NCBI GenBank assembly: GCA_903970145.1
Contig: CAJCHO010000062.1
Coordinates: 1 to 48,923 of the forward strand
Direction: 5' to 3'
DNA length: 48,923 nucleotides
Source of the DNA: Mycobacteriaceae bacterium
GTDB taxonomy: Bacteria > Pseudomonadota > Gammaproteobacteria > Burkholderiales > Burkholderiaceae_D
The notes beneath the pieces are model-generated. The model ran no database searches and had not been told where the DNA came from. It worked only from the letters and a program-made list of their open reading frames with translations. Of the stretch, positions 44,841-48,923 are shown in pieces; position 1 is the first letter of the stretch, and each line of letters opens with the position of its first letter. Made by a program: the position numbers and the translations under genes.

Positions 44841-47577
44841 CGTTGTTGTCCTGACTGCGAGTCTCGCTCTTTTCGCGCTCGCGCCGGCTGCGCCTGCGCA
44901 AGAGGTCGGGCCGGAGGTCAGCCCGAGCGTGCCGGAGAAAGTGATCGTGACCGGCTCCGGCATCAAGCGCATCGCCGGAGAAACAGCGCTACCGATGCAG
45001 ATCATCACGCGCGACGACATCCAGCGCACCGGCATGACCACCACGACCGAACTGCTCAATGCCATCTCGGCTGCAACCAGCGCGGGCAATACCAATCCGG
45101 CATCGGCCATGTATTCAGGCAACGAAATGACCGGCGCCTCCCTGCGCGGGCTCGGGTATCAGCGTACGCTCATCCTGCTCAACGGCCGACGCGTGGCCAA
45201 CAACGCACTCGATGGTGGCGGAGTCGATCTGGAGACTATCCCCCTGTCGGCGATCGAGCGGGTCGAGGTCCTCGAGGATGGGGCATCGGCCATCTACGGG
45301 GCCGACGCGATTGGCGGTGTGATCAACTTCATCCTCAAGAGCAACTACCAGGGTGTGGAGGTGGGACTCTACAGTGGCGAGACCCAGCGCGGCGGCGGCG
45401 ACGGCCAGCACATTCACCTAAGTGCCGGCGCGGGAGATCTGGCGAGCGACCGGTATAACTTCTTCATCACAGCCGAGGCCAGCGACGACGCGGCGCTGCA
45501 CGCCAACCAGCGTCCGTACACGGACACGACGCTCCTGCCGCCGATCTACGGGCCCGGCCGTTACTCGAACCTGAGCACCTTTCCTTTTCCGGGCAATGCC
45601 TATACCAGCTACGGCCCGGGCGCCATGAACTTCGCGATCGCCAACATCGGCAGCCCCTATTGCACCGCCCCGCACCTCTACCCCTCACCGGGTGGAGAGG
45701 GAGGATGCCTGTACGACTACGGTTTCTGGGGGGATGTCATCCCCGTCGAGCAGAAGTTCTCCGCCGTGAGCCGCATCAGCTACCGTCTCGAAAACGATTC
45801 AGAACTGTTCATTGAAAGCAGTTTCTCACGCAATCGCTACACGCTCGTCACGTCGCCCACCTATGCCCAGGGCGAAAGCAGCACGGCTGAAGGAAGCTTT
45901 CCAGGACAGGTGCCCTTTGTCATTCTGCCAACGAGCCCCTACTACCCGCGCGCTTTCGCCGAGCAGTACGGCGTGAACGGTCAGCCGATCAGTTTTGTAT
46001 CGCGCCTGTCGGAACTGGGTCCGGGCGTAACCGTCACGGCCAATGATCAGGCGCGCATCGTGCTGGGCGCGGACGGCAGCCTCGATGGCTGGGACTACAA
46101 CTCGGCACTGAACCTTAATCGCGCCGACAGCAGCGAGTACTTCATGAAGGGCATCGTTGACACCGATGCCTTCTACCAGCTCGCACTGTCGGGCGCCTAC
46201 AATCCCTTTGGTCCCCAGTCGCCGGCTGGACTCGCGGCGCTCAAGTCGACCCAATGGAGCGGTCAGACGCGCGCCGCCGTTTCCGATATCGAGGCGCTCG
46301 ATCTGAAATTGTCGCGCGACCTGGTGCAGTTACCCGCAGGGCCGCTCGCGTTGGCCATTGGTGCGGAAGCACGGGAGGAGAGCCTTTATCAGCAATACAG
46401 CTCGCATTACGAGAACGGCTGGCTGCTCGACTACGGCGGTGCCGGGGCTCCGGCCGACCCGCCATCGCGCACGGTGCGGTCGCTAAGCGCCGAAATCGAC
46501 GTTCCGATCATGACGCGTCTTGATCTTGACCTTAGCGTGCGCGATGACGACTACTCGAGCTTTGGCAATACCGCCAATCCGAAGGCGTCGCTTAAATGGC
46601 AACCCATCGAGCAGCTGCTCTTGCGTGGCTCCTATGGCACCGGCTTTCGCGCCCCCAATCTGGTCGACCTCGGCACGCCGCGATCAATCATGGCGGGCTA
46701 CCCCTTTTCGGACCCGGTGCGCTGTCCCAACGGGATACCGGTTGCCGGCGCCAACCCGTCCTATGATTGCAACGACTCCTTTCTGAATGCGAAATACGGC
46801 AATCCCAATCTCCAGCCGGAGAAGTCCCGCCAGGGAACGCTCGGCTTCGTGTATGAACCGACCAAGCAATTGAGCGTTGGGGTGAACTACTTTCACATCG
46901 ATCTCACCAATGTCATCCAGATCAATGGCCTGCCCGAATCACTGGCCTTCAACCCGGCTACCGCGAGCCAGTATTCCTATCTGCTGGTGCGCGGGCCCAT
47001 CAACCCGCTTTTTCCTAATCTGCCCGGCGAAATCCTGTACGTGAATACGCCATCGATCAATCAGGGTGAGTGGGATCTGGCCGGTGAAGACCTGGATGCG
47101 AGCTACCGATGGCCGAGCAGCTGCGGCAATTTCACCGTCAAAATAAATGGCACCTACTTCCAGACCTTCAATGTCTCGCAGATCGACGGGCCGATGATCG
47201 GCACGGTTGGTCAGAAGAATCAGCAAGGAGATGGGGTCGTGAATCGTTGGCACCACTACCTGTCGCTCGACTGGGAGCGCGGGCCGTGGGATACCACGCT
47301 GGCACAGACCTTCTGGTCGGGTTATCGGGACGAGAATTCCTACGCGTCGCTTGGCAGTCCCCTGCCAGGCTATCCGCGCGTGTCGAGCTACGCCCTCTAC
47401 GATCTGACCACGCAATACAAGTGGAGTAAGCAACTCACGGTCTCGACCGGCATTCGCAATCTCCTCGACACGTCCCCGCCCTTTACCAACAACTATGAGG
47501 GCGACAACTTTGATCCCAGCTATGCTGACCTGCGCGGACGCATGTTCTGGATATCCGCGACCTATTCATTCCTGTAA
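44830..47577 (+). CDS. TonB-dependent outer-membrane receptor.
   Basis: The signal peptide is MRSSVVVLTASLALFALAPAAPAQE. The TonB box is EKVIVTGS. The plug-domain motifs are LNGRRVANNA...ERVEVLEDGASAIYGADAIGGVINFILK. A 915-aa beta-barrel ends in an aromatic-rich terminal strand (RMFWISATYSFL). Confidence 0.85.
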   Translation: MRSSVVVLTASLALFALAPAAPAQEVGPEVSPSVPEKVIVTGSGIKRIAGETALPMQIITRDDIQRTGMTTTTELLNAISAATSAGNTNPASAMYSGNEMTGASLRGLGYQRTLILLNGRRVANNALDGGGVDLETIPLSAIERVEVLEDGASAIYGADAIGGVINFILKSNYQGVEVGLYSGETQRGGGDGQHIHLSAGAGDLASDRYNFFITAEASDDAALHANQRPYTDTTLLPPIYGPGRYSNLSTFPFPGNAYTSYGPGAMNFAIANIGSPYCTAPHLYPSPGGEGGCLYDYGFWGDVIPVEQKFSAVSRISYRLENDSELFIESSFSRNRYTLVTSPTYAQGESSTAEGSFPGQVPFVILPTSPYYPRAFAEQYGVNGQPISFVSRLSELGPGVTVTANDQARIVLGADGSLDGWDYNSALNLNRADSSEYFMKGIVDTDAFYQLALSGAYNPFGPQSPAGLAALKSTQWSGQTRAAVSDIEALDLKLSRDLVQLPAGPLALAIGAEAREESLYQQYSSHYENGWLLDYGGAGAPADPPSRTVRSLSAEIDVPIMTRLDLDLSVRDDDYSSFGNTANPKASLKWQPIEQLLLRGSYGTGFRAPNLVDLGTPRSIMAGYPFSDPVRCPNGIPVAGANPSYDCNDSFLNAKYGNPNLQPEKSRQGTLGFVYEPTKQLSVGVNYFHIDLTNVIQINGLPESLAFNPATASQYSYLLVRGPINPLFPNLPGEILYVNTPSINQGEWDLAGEDLDASYRWPSSCGNFTVKINGTYFQTFNVSQIDGPMIGTVGQKNQQGDGVVNRWHHYLSLDWERGPWDTTLAQTFWSGYRDENSYASLGSPLPGYPRVSSYALYDLTTQYKWSKQLTVSTGIRNLLDTSPPFTNNYEGDNFDPSYADLRGRMFWISATYSFL

Positions 47578-47647
47578 TCTGTCTGAAGTGATTGCAATCG
47601 CCGGTTTTGCGCGATGACTTTGCCGCGTCGCAACAGTTAAGATCAAC

Positions 47648-48907
47648 ATGACCAGCAGCTCGAGTGACATCAAGGCCCCGCACCCGGCACTGTTTGCCGC
47701 CTTGATGTATCCGACCGGAGCCGTGACTGGTTATCTCAGCGTGGCCATCGGTTATGACCTGAGTCACCACGGTGTGAGCGTCGAATCAGTCGCGGACCTG
47801 GTTGCCATCAGCTTCATCCCCTTTACCTGGAAGTTTCTCTGGGCACCGCTGGTCGACATCACCTTGAGCCTGCGCGGCTGGTTCGTGATCTCCCTGATCG
47901 CATCGGTCATCGGTACGCTCGTCATGGGGTGGATCGAGCCGGTACAGGGGACTCTGGGCTGGATGCAGATCGCGGTCGCGCTCACCTTCGTCGCGCTGAC
48001 CTTTAACGGCATGTCGGCCGACGGTCTGACCGCCCTCATCGCACCCTTCGAGCAAAAGGGCCGTTACGGCGGCTGGCTGCAACTGGGCAACCTCGCTGGC
48101 AATGGCATCGGGGGTGGCCTCGCCCTCTGGCTCTCGCAGAATTTCGAGAATCGATTTATCTCCACGGGTGTACTCTGCGGGACCTGCCTTCTGTCCGGCG
48201 CAGCGCTCCTCTTTCTGCCCAAGGTGGTGCGCACCATCAGCGAAGCGCACGTGGGTGAGCGCATCGTCGAAGTTGAGCGCGACTCCTGGCATCTGATCCG
48301 CTCGCGCGGCGGCGCAATGGCCCTCCTGATCATGTTTCTGCCACTTGGCAGTGGGGCCGCGGGTGGCCTGTGGTCGGCGGTCGCCGACGAGTGGCAGGCC
48401 AGTGCCGATACAGTCGCCTTTGTGACCGGGGGCTGGAACGGCGTGGCCAGCGGCCTCGGATGCCTCGTCGGTGGATATATCTGTGACCGACTCGATCGCA
48501 AGTGGAGTTACGCGCTGTTTGGCGTGATGCAGGCCGGCTGCGCTGCGGCGATGGGCTTTGCACCGCATAGCGAACAGATGTTCATTTTCTTCACCCTGCT
48601 CTACGCAGTGGTGACCGGGCTGACCTACGCCGCCTATTCGGCAGTCGCCCTTGAAGTAGTCGGCGGCGGGGCAGCGGCGACCAAGTACAACCTGATCGCG
48701 TCCATGGCCAACGCGCCGATTCTCTATATGACCGAAGTCGACGGCCATGCGCATACCTGGTTCGGGGCCAGCGGAATGCTCTACAGCGAGGCCCTTTTCG
48801 GGGTGCTGGGCGCGACGGCTTACATCGTGATCATCATTTTACTGGCGCGTTCGCGGCGCGCGGCCCTGGATGCCGTCCTCGGCCGTCCGCTTACGCCGGG
48901 TTCTTAG
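47648..48907 (+). CDS. MFS permease of the PAT/AmpG-like family. It is the likely inner-membrane partner of the TonB-dependent receptor.
   Basis: There are 12 predicted hydrophobic segments. IPFTWKFLWAPLVD resembles the AmpG KFLWSPLMD motif. Confidence 0.7.
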   Translation: MTSSSSDIKAPHPALFAALMYPTGAVTGYLSVAIGYDLSHHGVSVESVADLVAISFIPFTWKFLWAPLVDITLSLRGWFVISLIASVIGTLVMGWIEPVQGTLGWMQIAVALTFVALTFNGMSADGLTALIAPFEQKGRYGGWLQLGNLAGNGIGGGLALWLSQNFENRFISTGVLCGTCLLSGAALLFLPKVVRTISEAHVGERIVEVERDSWHLIRSRGGAMALLIMFLPLGSGAAGGLWSAVADEWQASADTVAFVTGGWNGVASGLGCLVGGYICDRLDRKWSYALFGVMQAGCAAAMGFAPHSEQMFIFFTLLYAVVTGLTYAAYSAVALEVVGGGAAATKYNLIASMANAPILYMTEVDGHAHTWFGASGMLYSEALFGVLGATAYIVIIILLARSRRAALDAVLGRPLTPGS

Positions 48908-48923
48908 GTCGGCGCAGCCATGA

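Overview
This is a high-GC (about 65-68% GC), gene-dense proteobacterial chromosomal segment, probably gamma- or beta-proteobacterial. Almost every real gene is accompanied by long antisense shadow ORFs, which I ignore. I see no tRNA or rRNA genes, no CRISPR array, and no IS or transposase genes.

Content from 5' to 3':
1. Signalling cassette on the minus strand. It holds a 1321-aa protein built from seven tandem GAF domains. Its C-terminal Hpt domain appears cut off by a 1-nt frame change. Downstream are a receiver / class III adenylate cyclase response regulator and a further GAF protein that runs off the window edge.
2. A DHA2 MFS exporter.
3. A degraded intergenic stretch of about 900 nt carrying a remnant of an adenylate-cyclase domain.
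4. A CysB-like LysR regulator.
5. A copper module: copZ, an XRE/cupin regulator and a GNAT acetyltransferase, divergent from copA.
6. A divergent stress pair: a CsbD-like protein and a Dps/ferritin-like protein.
7. A thiol-dioxygenase (cysteine dioxygenase-like) gene followed by a four-rhodanese sulfurtransferase gene.
8. A block with three paralogous RDD-family membrane proteins. They surround bioY-DUF1284 and an FMO-like monooxygenase / SgcJ-EcaC pair. One RDD protein is an unusual fusion of a J-domain, an RDD domain and a type IV pilin-like domain.
9. A Liv-type ABC transporter (substrate-binding protein, two ATPases, two permeases) directly downstream of pobA and an amidohydrolase_2 gene. 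Divergent from these are a benzaldehyde-type aldehyde dehydrogenase and a XylB-like aryl-alcohol dehydrogenase, so this is an aromatic alcohol / 4-hydroxybenzoate catabolic cluster.
10. A PhnB/VOC protein, an orphan YqiK-like flotillin, a DUF2277 protein and a FecR-domain protein with a long proline-rich tail.
11. A PcaR-like IclR regulator with a palindromic operator, co-directional with a gene resembling the N,N-dimethylformamidase beta subunit.
12. A divergent uptake locus: class III aminotransferase, S9 peptidase, TonB-dependent receptor and an AmpG/PAT-like MFS permease.

The two candidates for undescribed biology are the kinase-less 7xGAF/Hpt → REC-cyclase → GAF cassette and the J-domain/RDD/pilin chimera inside the RDD paralog cluster.
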